DNA of 63,224 nt, the filler included, from Callorhinchus milii (taxonomy: Eukaryota), in assembly GCF_018977255.1 (NCBI RefSeq). It is 2 parts of 2 records of this genome, joined end to end, with 100 filler letters (N's around TTAATTAATTAA, not from the genome) between each part and the next. Parts side by side here need not be neighbours in the genome. Positions count along the whole stretch, not along the records: positions 1 to 31,577 come from NW_024705615.1; 1 more part is not named here. One strand, given 5' to 3'. Positions 11,880-23,002 of this stretch are shown piece after piece. Both the position numbers and the translations under genes were made by a program. The notes under the pieces are model-generated. The model searched no databases and was not told the origin of the DNA. It saw only the letters and a program-made list of their open reading frames with translations. The stretch's first letter is position 1; every line of letters starts with the position of its first letter.

Positions 11880-12190
11880 TTGGCGTCGGGAGGCCTCAGT
11901 GTGAGGTTTAAACGGTCGATGGGTTCAGTCGCCTCTGTCGGTCGGTTGTCTCTCTCTCTGTGTCTCTCGTCGCCTGACTTTGGCGCCTCTTTTTCCCTCT
12001 GACTCGGCGCCTGCGCAGTGGTGTCCCTGAGCGCGAGGCCGCGGTTTTTTTTTGAACTCGGCGCCTGCGCAGTGCCGTCTCCGGGCGCGGGGCTGACGGT
12101 GTTTCGGGGCGCGGCGCCTGTCTGTCTGAGCGCGAGGCGGGACCGCGGGAGGTGGTGATGGCGGCGGAGACGACGGTCAGTTTCGGTGAC
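11880..12190 (+). promoter_or_regulatory. Small CpG island, candidate promoter and first exon
   Basis: The clearest CpG-dense non-repeat patch of the left half. Two GCGCCTGCGCA (NRF1-like) motifs at about 12007 and 12061, and ATGGCGGCGGAGACGACG|GTCAGT at 12158-12181. Confidence 0.55.
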
Positions 12191-13199
12191 AGAGAGAGAG
12201 AGACAGAGACACACAAACACGCACTCTCACTCTGTCACTCTCTCTCACACACATTGAGCCTGAAACACACACACACACAAACAGACACAGAGAGAGAGTG
12301 TGACAGAGAGAGTGAGGGGAAGATGAGAGAGAGAGAGAGAGTGTGTGAGAGAGAGTGAGTGAGAGAGAGTGTATGTGAGGGAGAGTGTGTTAGCGTGTGA
12401 GAGAGTGAGAGAGTGTGACAGAGAGTGAGAGAAACGTGTGAGAGAGTGTGTGAGAGAGAGTGAGTGAGAAAGAGTGTGTGAGAGAGAGAGAGTGTGAGAG
12501 AGAGTGAAAGAGAGTGAGAATGTGTGAGAGAGAGTGTGGGAGAGAGAGTGTGTGAGAGAGAGAGTGAGAGAGTGAAAGTGTGTGTTTCTGTGTATAATAT
12601 TATTAAGGTTTATGATCCGAACTGATATGACTTCTGTGATGATGTATTGAGGAACATTGAGCGGTTTCGGGGCGGATGATATTCCCGTCTCATTTGCCTG
12701 TTGTACACTGTGGGATCAGACGGGACCTTCATTCCAGGCCGAGGGGAGAGAGGGACTGAAGCTCCAACAACATTCTTCAACATTTGTTCATTCATTTCTA
12801 ATTCGGGGTATTATTTTTCTCGCGGTTTGCGGGGATGTGATCTGTGCGGAGCGGTTTAATCTGTGGAGTCCTGTGGTGTCGTAGTGAGTGCAGTCACTCG
12901 TCATTTGAGTGATAGCAGTAACAATCCTTGTGTTTGGTACCGAGTACACACACACACAAACACAGACACACACCGACACACACACAGACAGAAACACACA
13001 GACACACACACACACACTCAATCTGTCAGTCTCTGTCACTCTCTCGCTCACACTCTCTCCTCTCACACACATTGAACCAGGCTGACGCATAGAGACACAC
13101 ACAGACACCGAGCCACTGACATACATCGACACACACACACGCACTGACATACACAGACACACACACAAACACTGACATACACACATACAGACACCGAGC

Positions 13200-14385
13200 C
13201 AGAGGGAGTTTGACAGAGGTAGAGACAGATTGATTGTTACAGAGACTGATAGAAGCAAAACAGAGTGTGAGAGTGTGAGTGAGAAAAGAGGGCGAGAGTG
13301 ATTGACAGAAATGGTGGATGGAGTGAAAGAGAAAGACGGGCTGTGGCGAGATTAAGAAACCGAGACAGAGAGAGAAAGCAGAGACAGAGAGTGAAAGGGA
13401 ATGATTGAGCGTGTGGGTGGAGAAAGTGTTTGCGAAAGAGGAGAGTGAAGAGGGGGAGTGAGTGAAAGAGAAAGGGGAGATAGAGAGAGTGTGAGAGGGG
13501 AAAGAGAGTGTGAGAGCGGTGATGTTGTTTGTGAGAAAGGGTGTGTGAGAGGGTAACAGAGAGGGGGGGAATGTGTGAGAGAAACAAAGGGAGAGAGTGC
13601 AGAGACTGATTGAGAGAGTGATATGGACAGAGTGTGAGTTGAAAGAGTGAAAATGAGCGAGAAAATCCACAACATTTAACACAATATTAAAAACATTGAC
13701 ATTTCAAATAAGGTTATTTCTTCCTTTCCCATTTAGTTTTTCGAGAAATCCCTGAAGCCAAACTTTTGTACCACACCCACAAACAAAGAACCATAGAGAT
13801 GTACAGCACAGACGAAGATTATTCAGCTTATGATGGATGTGGTGGCACTTTTTGATAACAATTCTTTCAGTCCCGTATTCCTGCTCTGTTCCTAAATCCA
13901 TTTTTAGATAGTTCACTCCATTCGTATCGATATGTAGACATGTTTTGAAAACCAATATGGATTCTGCATCAACACCATTCCCGCCAGGGCTTTCCATAAC
14001 CCAACAACCAAATGTGTAGGACAACATATACTCCAAACCTCCTCATTTACTAGTTTGCTATTTGTTTGTCTTAAATTGATGCTTTAAGATCTGAACCTCG
14101 ACCAGTGGAACTTTTATAGCAGGTAAAGATTGAGTTTCTGTGGAAATCTCCTAGGGAACAGGGCGAGGCTATGATTTACTGCCAGACGTTAGCTGCTGGA
14201 CTCTGACCAGGGTGTGTTATTACCTGTATAGCTCAGAACACTGAAGCCACATCACGAAGACGCTCGGAAACCAGAAGCAGGAACCGCAGCTCAGTCAGTG
14301 GGGAGACAAGACGGTGAGTCTCTCATTAGCTCTGATTGTGGCTGAAACAAAACAGTAAAGTTACACCAGGTTTTAAGCACTTGGA
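13200..14385 (+). repeat. Segmental duplication unit A (GA-rich block + promoter module + non-coding exon, donor after 14313)
   Basis: Collinear with units B and C, for example aacttttgtaccacacccacaaacaaagaa...gatgtacagcacag and gactctgaccagggtgtgttattacctgta...ACG|GTGAGT. Confidence 0.85.
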
Positions 14386-14599
14386 ATGAGAGGATAGAAG
14401 AAATAGAGTGCGCGTGAGAATTGAGAGGGGGAGGTTGGAGGGAAGAATGGGTGACAGGAATAGGGGGAGAATGATAGAGAGAGAGAGAGTGTAGATGAGT
14501 GAAAGAAACAGAGCCAGGAAGAGAGGGAGGGGGGGGGAGAAAAATCAGGTGTGTGTGAGTGATCGATAGTGTGAGAAGGAGAGTGTGTGTGTGTTAGAG

Positions 14600-17250
14600 G
14601 GGGAGACAGAGTGCGGTAGAGAGACGATGGGGTGAGAGAAAGAAACAGAGACCGGGAGGGAAAGAGGGAATAAGCAAAGCGGTGAGAGATTGGCAGTGAG
14701 TGACTGTACGACAGAGGCGAAGAGATAGCTATTGAGTGAGAGAGTGTGTGTGAGAATGTGAGTGAAATGTGAGGGGCAAAGTGATTGACAGGAAGGAGGT
14801 GAGAGGGAGAGATGTGGTGAGAAGGAAACAGAGATATGGAGACAGAGAGTGAAAGAAAGTGAATAAGATTGTGGGAGGAGAGAGTGTTTGTGAAAGAGAG
14901 GGAGAAAAGGAGGAGTGAGTTATCGAGAGAGCGTAGACGGAGAGACTGTGAGAGGGGAAAGGGAGTGTGAGTGGAGGGAGGGCTGGTGTGGGAGATGAGT
15001 GTGATAGAGAGAGAGGAACTGAGAGAACAAAAGAGTGTCGGTAAGACAGAGCGAGAGGGGGAGCTAATGACTGAGAGAGGACAGAGGGAGTATGTGTGAG
15101 AAGTAAAAGAGAAAATGAGAGAGAAACTTCATAACATTTAACACAATAAAAAAACGAGCGTTTCCAATATATTTTTTCCTTCCTTTACTGATCAGTTTTT
15201 TTTTTAAATCCCTGAATCCAATCTTTTGTGCCACACTCACGAACAAAGAAACATGTAGATGTACAGCACAGAAGAAGGATGGCTGTGGCTATTTTTATGA
15301 AAATCCTTTCAGTCCCATTTAAGTTCCTCTTTTCCCAAACCCCTTTTTAGATAGTTGACTCCATTTAGATCGATATCTTGTGATGGTCTAAAAACCAATC
15401 TGGAATCCGCCTGAAACCTCATTCTCACCAGTGCTTTCCATAACCCATCAACCAACTGTGCCGGAAAACAAATTCTCCAAACGTCCCCATTTGCCAGTTT
15501 GCTAACTCTCTGAAATTGATGCCTTAGGGATTGAACTCTGACCAGAAGGACTTTTATATCAGGTAAGCTTGAGTTTCTGTAGAAATCTCCAAGGGAACAG
15601 GGCGAGGCTATGATTTACTGCCAGACATTAGCTGTTGGACTCTGACCAGGGTGTGTTGTTACCTGTACAGCCCAGAACACTGAAGCCACTTCACTGAGAG
15701 GCTCGGGAACCAGAGGCAGGAACCGCAGCTCAGTCAGCGGGGAGACAAGACGGTGAGTCTCTTATTAGATCTGATTGTGGCTGAAATAATGTCATACTAT
15801 TATCCCGGGTTGTAAGCGCACAGAGAGAAAAACCCATATAAATGCAAGTTTTGTTGTTCGTGCAACATTTATTGTAATTAAGGAAACCAGGAGTAACTGA
15901 ATGAGCAAGAGTTAAAATATCATTTGTTTCATAAACGGAAGATCTCGCTTTACGACTTTGATTACGGTCACCTCTTCCCTCCCTCACACATAGTGTCCTC
16001 CACCACTCCAACATTCTCCGACATACTGTCCGGCGTGTTGGCCGCTATATCAATGCAAGTTGTTGCTGTTATTTGAATTAATCATCGTAGAACCGTTTAA
16101 GAAATCAATGGTCTCCGAAATCCATTGGGGAACTTGATTGATCTGAACTATTGTCAACATACTAATGTGGAATTTAAGCAACAGCCAGGCGGTCGGGCCG
16201 AATCTGAGCTGTAGGTTCTATGCATCTATGAATCAGCTTGTTTCATCCTTGTTCAAAGTTCATTCCTCAATCATTTGTGATTATCCTGGTTGTTCTCTTC
16301 TGCACTACCTTAAGGAACTGTGCTGATGCTTTTGTCAGCCATTGCCTCAATCCTTCCACCTTGCGGTTTTGGTTGGTTGGACTCCAGGAGTTACCCCAAC
16401 ACACACTCTGGTCTCCCCTCGCCTTGACTCTTGCCAACCTGCTCCTACTTCGCTTCGAATGAAGCGAGCAGGATGGTCCCTCCAGAGTGAGGGTGCTCAT
16501 TCCGTTCCAACAATCTAACTCTGGTGTTTCCATATGTAGTTTGGGATGCATGGAAATCTCACCTTTGTTTTGGATCATGTTCCATTTGTTAATTGTTTTC
16601 TTTGGACAGACACTTGGCTGACAAAAAATTTCAGCTCAGATACCTTACTGCTGTTTTTGTGCTCCAAGCTGCAACCCGCGAGAAGGGCACTATATTGTTG
16701 CTGTTGTTGCTATTGTTTTTATTGCCTCCTCTGAAACTTTTCTTTTGTTGGGCACAGCTTGTCCAACGATAGTTTAAGACTCATCCCTCCAATTCGCGAG
16801 ATCAATCTTCTCCGAATATACAGACGATATAGAGAAGATGGGATAATTCTGAATGGTTCTCACTTTCTTTTATGCTGTTGGAAATAAGACTAAATTATAT
16901 TTCAGTCTACAATCTATCGGACGGAATGTCGCCATTTTCTTTCTCTTTCACACAAGTGGAAATGAGTTTTCACAAAATGGTGCTCAAGTTGTTGACTTTC
17001 AAGGACTAACTGCCTGGTCCCAAGTCCGGAGCCCAACCCAGAGTTACATTAACTGAAAATAGTCATAAAAGGCAACATTGCACATTGGCAATGATAACGT
17101 TTCACTGACTATTGCAGAAATGAGGTTCAAAGATCAGGATCAGGAGATTAGATAGAGAGCGCAGTGGATGCTCTAAATTGGGCGGTTTGTTAAAATGAAT
17201 CTAACGTAAGTTTGAATGTCACGCTGGTGTTGGTCTGATGATGGATCGGA
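14600..17250 (+). repeat. Segmental duplication unit B (donor after 15752)
   Basis: Same module as unit A. Its downstream part 16270-17250 is collinear with 19850-20770. Confidence 0.85.
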
Positions 17251-17674
17251 AAACAGATTCCCAACTAATCTTGCTCTGTAGCAGATTGCTGGAGACGAAC
17301 TTTATTGGTGACAATCTCTGAAATGGAAAATGACCAGAACTCGTCACTCATCTTCTTGTTGTATTAACTTACACAACAACAAATGCTTTATGTAATCAAA
17401 TTCATGCAGCGTATAATCACAGAACACATGAGAGAATGGGGAAGAGACGTGAAAGAAGATAAATTGAGAAAGAATGAGAGTATAAAGGCGATAGCAGGAG
17501 TGTGCCTGAGATATGAGAGACAGTCCTATTTACATAAATGGAGGAGCGTCTGTTAGAGAGAGGATGGGCATGAGAGAAAGAAGCAGATTCAGGGAGAGAG
17601 AGCTGGAGACAGCACTGATTGAGTGAGTGAGTGAGATTCTGTGTGAAAGTGGTGGTGAGAGGCAGTGAGGGAGA

Positions 17675-17988
17675 ATAATAATAATATTCCTTGCATTTGA
17701 TATATCGCTTTTCACGTCGTCTTGACATCCTAAAGTGCTTCACAGAATATGCTGTAAAGTGAATTGACTGTATGTTTATGGGCAAACGTGGCAGTCAATT
17801 GCGCACAGATGTGTCCCACAAACAGTCGTAACTTGAAAATGACCGATTTATTATGTTTTTTTGGAGGGATTATTATTAGGCTCTGTGTGGAGTAAGCAAA
17901 CTTGCCCAAGGTTTCACCCTCTGCCTCGAATTGAACTCAGTTCTCTCGCTTGCAAAGCGAGTGCTCTAACCACTGAGATACAGGACTC
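17675..17988 (-). mobile_element. Full-length tRNA(Ala-like)-derived SINE
   Basis: Minus-strand head gagtcctgtatcTCAGTGGTTAGAGCactcgctTTGCAagcgagagaactGAGTTCAATTC has A/B boxes and a TGC anticodon loop. Body matches the 8110 copy, with an (ATT)n tail. Confidence 0.85.
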
Positions 17989-18199
17989 CGAATGATTGTG
18001 AGAGAATGAGAGAAGAGAATGTGTGTTGGTAAGAGTGTGAGTAAGAAAGGAGAGAGACAGTGGGGGGAGAGGGGGAGATAGACATGGAGTAAAGAGAGAG
18101 ATAGAGTGAGTGTGGGGTGAGAGAATGAAACAGAGAAGTTTAGGGAGTGGCAGAAACAAAGAAGTAACAGAGTGGCAATGAGTGAGTGCTTGACAGTGG

Positions 18200-18747
18200 G
18201 GGAGACAGATTGATTGATACAGAGACTGATAGAAAAGAAACAGAGGGTGTGAGAGAGACAGAAAGGTTAGTGTGAGTGAATGATTCAGAGTGTGAGAAGA
18301 ATAGTGTGTTTAGAAGGGTGGAGAGGGGTAGAGAAAGTGGCAGAGAGAGGATGGGGTGAGAAAATGACAGAGAAATATGGAGGGAGAAAGTGGACGGAAG
18401 CAAAGCGGTGAGAGAGTTACAGTGAGTGACCGTATGGCAGAGGGGAGAGAGATTTATTTAGAGTGAGTGTGTGTGAGAATGTAAGTGAGAAGTGAGAGGG
18501 AAAGCGATTCAAAGAAAGCGATGAGAGAGGGAGTTGAGTTGGTGAGAAAAATAAACAGAGTCATGGAGACAGTGGGAGAAAGCAGATACAGAGAGTGAAC
18601 GAAAGTGACTGAGATTGTGGGAGGAGAGAGTGTTTGCGAAGGAGAGGAGGGAGACAAGAGGGAGACAGTGATCGATACAGTGGAGATGGAGAGACTAAGA
18701 GGGGAATGAGAATGTGAATGGAGGGACAGGCGTGTGTGGGAGAAAGG

Positions 18748-18782
<35 letters not shown>

Positions 18783-20770
18783 TTGAGAGAGAGAAGGAAT
18801 GCCTGAGAGAGGACAGAGAGAGAGAGAGTGTGTGATAAGAAAAAGAGAAAATGAGAGAGAAAATTTACAACATTTAACACTATAAAAAACTGGGCGTCAC
18901 CATTATATATTTTTTCTTCTTTTACTGATTCGTTTTTTAAAGAAAAAACACTGAATCCAATCTTTTGTGCCACACCCACGAACAAAGAAACATCGAGTTG
19001 TACAGCACAGAAGAAGGATGGCTGTGGTGGCTGATTTTATGCCAATCCTTTCAGTCCCATTTACATTGCTCTTTTCCCAAATCCCTTTTTAGATAGTTGA
19101 CTCAATTCCGTTGACTCAATCACGGAATCTAGTGATGATCTCAAAATCAATCTGGAATCAGCCTCAAACATCATTCCCACCAGGGCTTTCCATAACCCAA
19201 CAGCCAACTGTGCAGGAAAACAAATTCTCCAAAGCTCCACATTTGTCAGTTTGCTAACTCTTTGAAATTGATGCTTTGTGGATTGAGCCCTGACCAGGAG
19301 GATTTTATATCAGGCAACCATTGAGTTTCTGTGGAAATCTCCAAGGGAAACGGGCGAGGCGATGACTTTCTGGCAGACATTAGATGCTGGACTCTGACCA
19401 GTGTGTGTTATTACCTGTACATCCCAGAACACTGAAGCCACTTCACTGAGAGTCTCGGGAACCAGAGGCAGGAACCGGAGCTCAGTCAACGGGGAGACAC
19501 GAAGGTGAGACTCTTATTAGATCTGATTGTGGCTGAAATAAAACAGTAAAGTTGCTCCTGGTTTATGCGCTTGGAGATGCCACTTTTTGCGAACAGCGCA
19601 AGATAAATGCAACTTGTTGTGCTTCAGCAGTTACTGAAAGTTTACTGCTGTGAAAGAAACCTGGCGCCAGTGATTAAGGAAGAGCTGAAATGTAATTTGT
19701 TTCATTAATTTTCTTTTGTATCGATTAAGCATTGTATAAAGTAGAATTGGTGTCCAAAATGTGCCCGTGAGCTTGAGTAATCCGAAATATTCTTGATCAA
19801 CGATGGGCCCTCGTGTGGAAGTCATGCTCGATCATAACTCATTCCACTAACACTAATCATCATCCTGGTTGCTCTCCTCTGTACAACCTTAAGGACCTGT
19901 GCAGACGCTTTTGTCAGCTATTGCCTCAATCGTTCCACGTTGCGGTTTAGTCTTGGCTCTTGCCATCCTGCTCATCATACCCTCCGGCATTAGGTAAGCA
20001 GGAAGCAACCCTCCAGAGAGTGGATGTTTATTCCATTTCAACAATCTATCCCTGGGATTTCCATGTGTAGGAGGGATGCATGGAAATCTCAGCTTTGTTT
20101 GGATACTGTTAGGTTTGGTGATGGGTTTTCGAGTGTGTCAGATACTCGGCTGATTTTTTAAAAAAAATCAGCTTAGCAACAACCCTGCTGTTTAAATGCT
20201 TCGATGTGCTGACCGCCTGAAGGGGACTATATGGTTCTTGTTAGTGTTTCCCCAGTTTATCTAACGCTAGTTTATAATTCATCCCACTAACTCAAGTTTC
20301 AATCTATGTTGAATTTGTAGATGGTGTAGAAAAGCTGGATCTTTCTGAAGGTTTGTCCCTAGCTTTCACCGTGTGGGATATCATATTTAATGCTCAATCT
20401 GTTTCTTCCGAACTGAATGCCACCATTTTCGTTCACTTTTCACACAAGTAGAAATTATTTTTGTCATGATGGCTCTTTTATTATTGACTTTAAACAGCTG
20501 AAAGCAACTCGCCCAAACTGCCTGGTCCTCAGTCAGAGCAGAACCCACAGTTACATTGTTTGAAAATACCCATAAAAGGAAACACTGCTTGTTAGAGCTG
20601 ATAAAGTTTCACTAATTATTACACAAATGAGGTTCAAAGAGCAGGACCAGAAGATTAGATACAGAGCACAGTGGATGCTCTGAATTAGGCAGGTTAGTGA
20701 AATGAAGCAAAGGGAAGGTTGAAGTTGGAGGTGGCAATTTCACACTGCTGTTCGTCTGATGATGGATAGG
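18200..20770 (+). repeat. Segmental duplication unit C (donor after 19504)
   Basis: Third copy of the module with AAG|GTGAGA donor. It is the copy nearest the ATG exon. Confidence 0.85.
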
Positions 20771-21893
20771 AAGCCGAGTGATTGGGGAGGAGAATTAACT
20801 GCAACAAAAACTTGCATTTATGTAGCGGCCCTTACGCAGAGCAGCTTCCCAGAATGCTTACACTTTAACCGACTTTGCAGTACGCTAGTTGTGAAAGGGA
20901 CTGTAAAGGATGCAACTAGTTGTTTTATGGCTTGAGGGAAGAGTGCAATAAAGAGACTCATCACCATCTGCACGTCGTAGGACACTGTGCTACATGTGTT
21001 AACATGGCTCAGTGGTTGCACACTCTCACCTGTGTAAGAAGGCAGTGGATTCAACCCCAAGCCGAGGCCTTGAACTCACATTGTCCAGGATGAGTCTATA
21101 AGGCAGTTTTTGGTGTGTGTTACATTGTCAGATGAGTAAAAAAAGGTGCAATTGTTTTGCTCATTGTAATGCCTTTATGTTCTGGAGTTTTCACAACATT
21201 GACAGTTTACAATGTATCTGGGTACAACATGAAACCCGTGGTATTTATGTTGTGGAAAAAGCAGTAACAACAACAATTTTACATTTAAACAGCACCCCTC
21301 ACATTAGGAGAAAGGGAATCAAACAACTGGTTTGTTTGGGTGGGGAAGATGACAATGATGGGAGGGCGGACTCTGAAACTTACTGAAAGTTCATTCAGAT
21401 GGAGAGGTCTTCAGGTGGATTTACTGGTGAATTCCGAGACCGAGCGACTCCAGGATAGATTTTAGAACTGTGATAGAGGGGATGAAAGCTCGTTCACTGA
21501 TGCTTGCGAGGTTCAGGCATGGGATTTACAGCAAAACTGTACCAGAAGGAAAAAAAATTCTCTTGATTTCTACCCATCTTCCTATCTATTATATACATCA
21601 CTTTCAGTGGTTACCTCTGGCAGCTGTTGATTTCCCTGCTGGGCCTTTCCTAACTTGAGTGTGTGTTACTTGTCTACGATGGTAGCACTCTGGCCTCTCA
21701 GTCAGAAAGTTGTGGTTCTAAGCCCCACAACCTATGAGGAAATCATCAGGAAATCTAAGAGCTGCTGTGGACACAAGCGAATATGATAGGAAGCACCAGC
21801 AAAACAAGGATAGTAAACACTTTTGCTGAAGATTTGTGTCACCACATGAACAAACGGTAATGCGCTCCATTTAGTATTGATTTCCGTTACAGG

Positions 21894-22041
21894 ATGGAAG
21901 GCTCCAGTTATACAGAAGCCCCTGTACAGAGCAGCAGACGGCAAAGCAACCAGGCCTCAGCTTGTCTCACTGCAGCGTCTGTGGAACGGGACAGAAATTG
22001 GCGAACAGAGGGCGCTACCCATGATGTTAACCGGCCAGTAG
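21894..22041 (+). CDS. NLR gene 2, candidate ATG-containing exon (exon 21893-22041)
   Basis: Acceptor tttccgttacAG|G-ATG-G. Open frame MEGSSYTEAPVQSSRRQSNQASACLTAASVERDRNWRTEGATHDVNRPV. Phase-1 donor G|GTGGGT joins exon 26557 in frame (G+AT = Asp). Confidence 0.65.
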
Positions 22042-22204
22042 GTGGGTAAATTAATGTAACCACACCTGCCTTTCAATCCAGGTGTTGCTCGTTAACATAC
22101 CGCTTTTCCTCCAGCCCCCGCACTCTCTCAGGCAGCGTTCCTCAGGGCTCTGTCCTTGGTCCTCTTCTCTTCAATATTTAAATGCTCCCTCTTGGTGACA
22201 TCAT

Positions 22205-22860
22205 CCATAAACATAGCAACATAAGAAGTGCTAATACCAAGGTCCACCTGGTTCACATTCTTGTCGTGTGCGTATATGCCCAGAACTACCTCTTTACTAT
22301 ATCCCTTATTGTTAATTCCTGCGTTTGAAGGAATCAACATTTGCTGCTTCAACCTTCGCCCCAGGAAGCCTATTCCACAGGTTCACTATTCACTCACTGG
22401 AAGAGGTTTCATAGATTCGTTCTGACTTGAACCCCATTCCATCGCAGGCCCGTCTGTCCTCTGTTTTTTCTATTCTGGATCAGCTGATGCAGCCTGCCAT
22501 GATCTATATTGTTTTGCCACTTTTGGAGATTTAAAGATAGCAATCCGTTTGCCTCTAAATCTTCTCTTTTCCAGCGTGAACATGCCCAATTTACTGAGTC
22601 AATGCTTATAATCCAAGTTCTCCATTCTCTCACCATTTTGAATGGCCTTCTCTGCATGCTCTCGATTTCGCCAATATCCTTTTTCTACTGCGGTGAACAG
22701 AACTGTATACAGCACTCTAAGTACAGTCTCACCAATGATTGATACAGTGGCACGATTACCTCACGATTTAGTCTTGTTGTTCATCTTTTGATACATCCCA
22801 ACATCTGGTTTGCTTTACTCACCGTCACAGAGCATTGTTGGGAGAGCTTCAATTTATTTT
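22205..22860 (-). mobile_element. CR1-like LINE 3' fragment
   Basis: Decayed RT C-terminus (QRRPFKMV) and aacatagcaacataagaa tail. Related to 30478-31130. Confidence 0.7.
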
Positions 22861-23002
22861 TGAACCACCTTTCCGTTTAATTAATTAAAATCCTTTTAAT
22901 TTTTTGTATATACTATTTTCCTTCCGTTCAAATAATAGTCATTTTCTGAATATTCTGTCCCCATGTAAACTAGTTAACATTTCTTCACATATAATTTCAC
23001 CT

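Noticed and set aside
16330..16700. Minus-strand ORF-like segment repeated at about 19900-20240 and 29330-29640
   Set aside because: The frames are not conserved between copies. It is most likely an old LINE 3' remnant, too decayed to classify.
17915..17988. tRNA-Ala-like gene on the minus strand
   Set aside because: It continues directly into a SINE body and tail and has no proper acceptor stem, so it is a SINE head. The same applies to 33835-33900 and 60025-60080.
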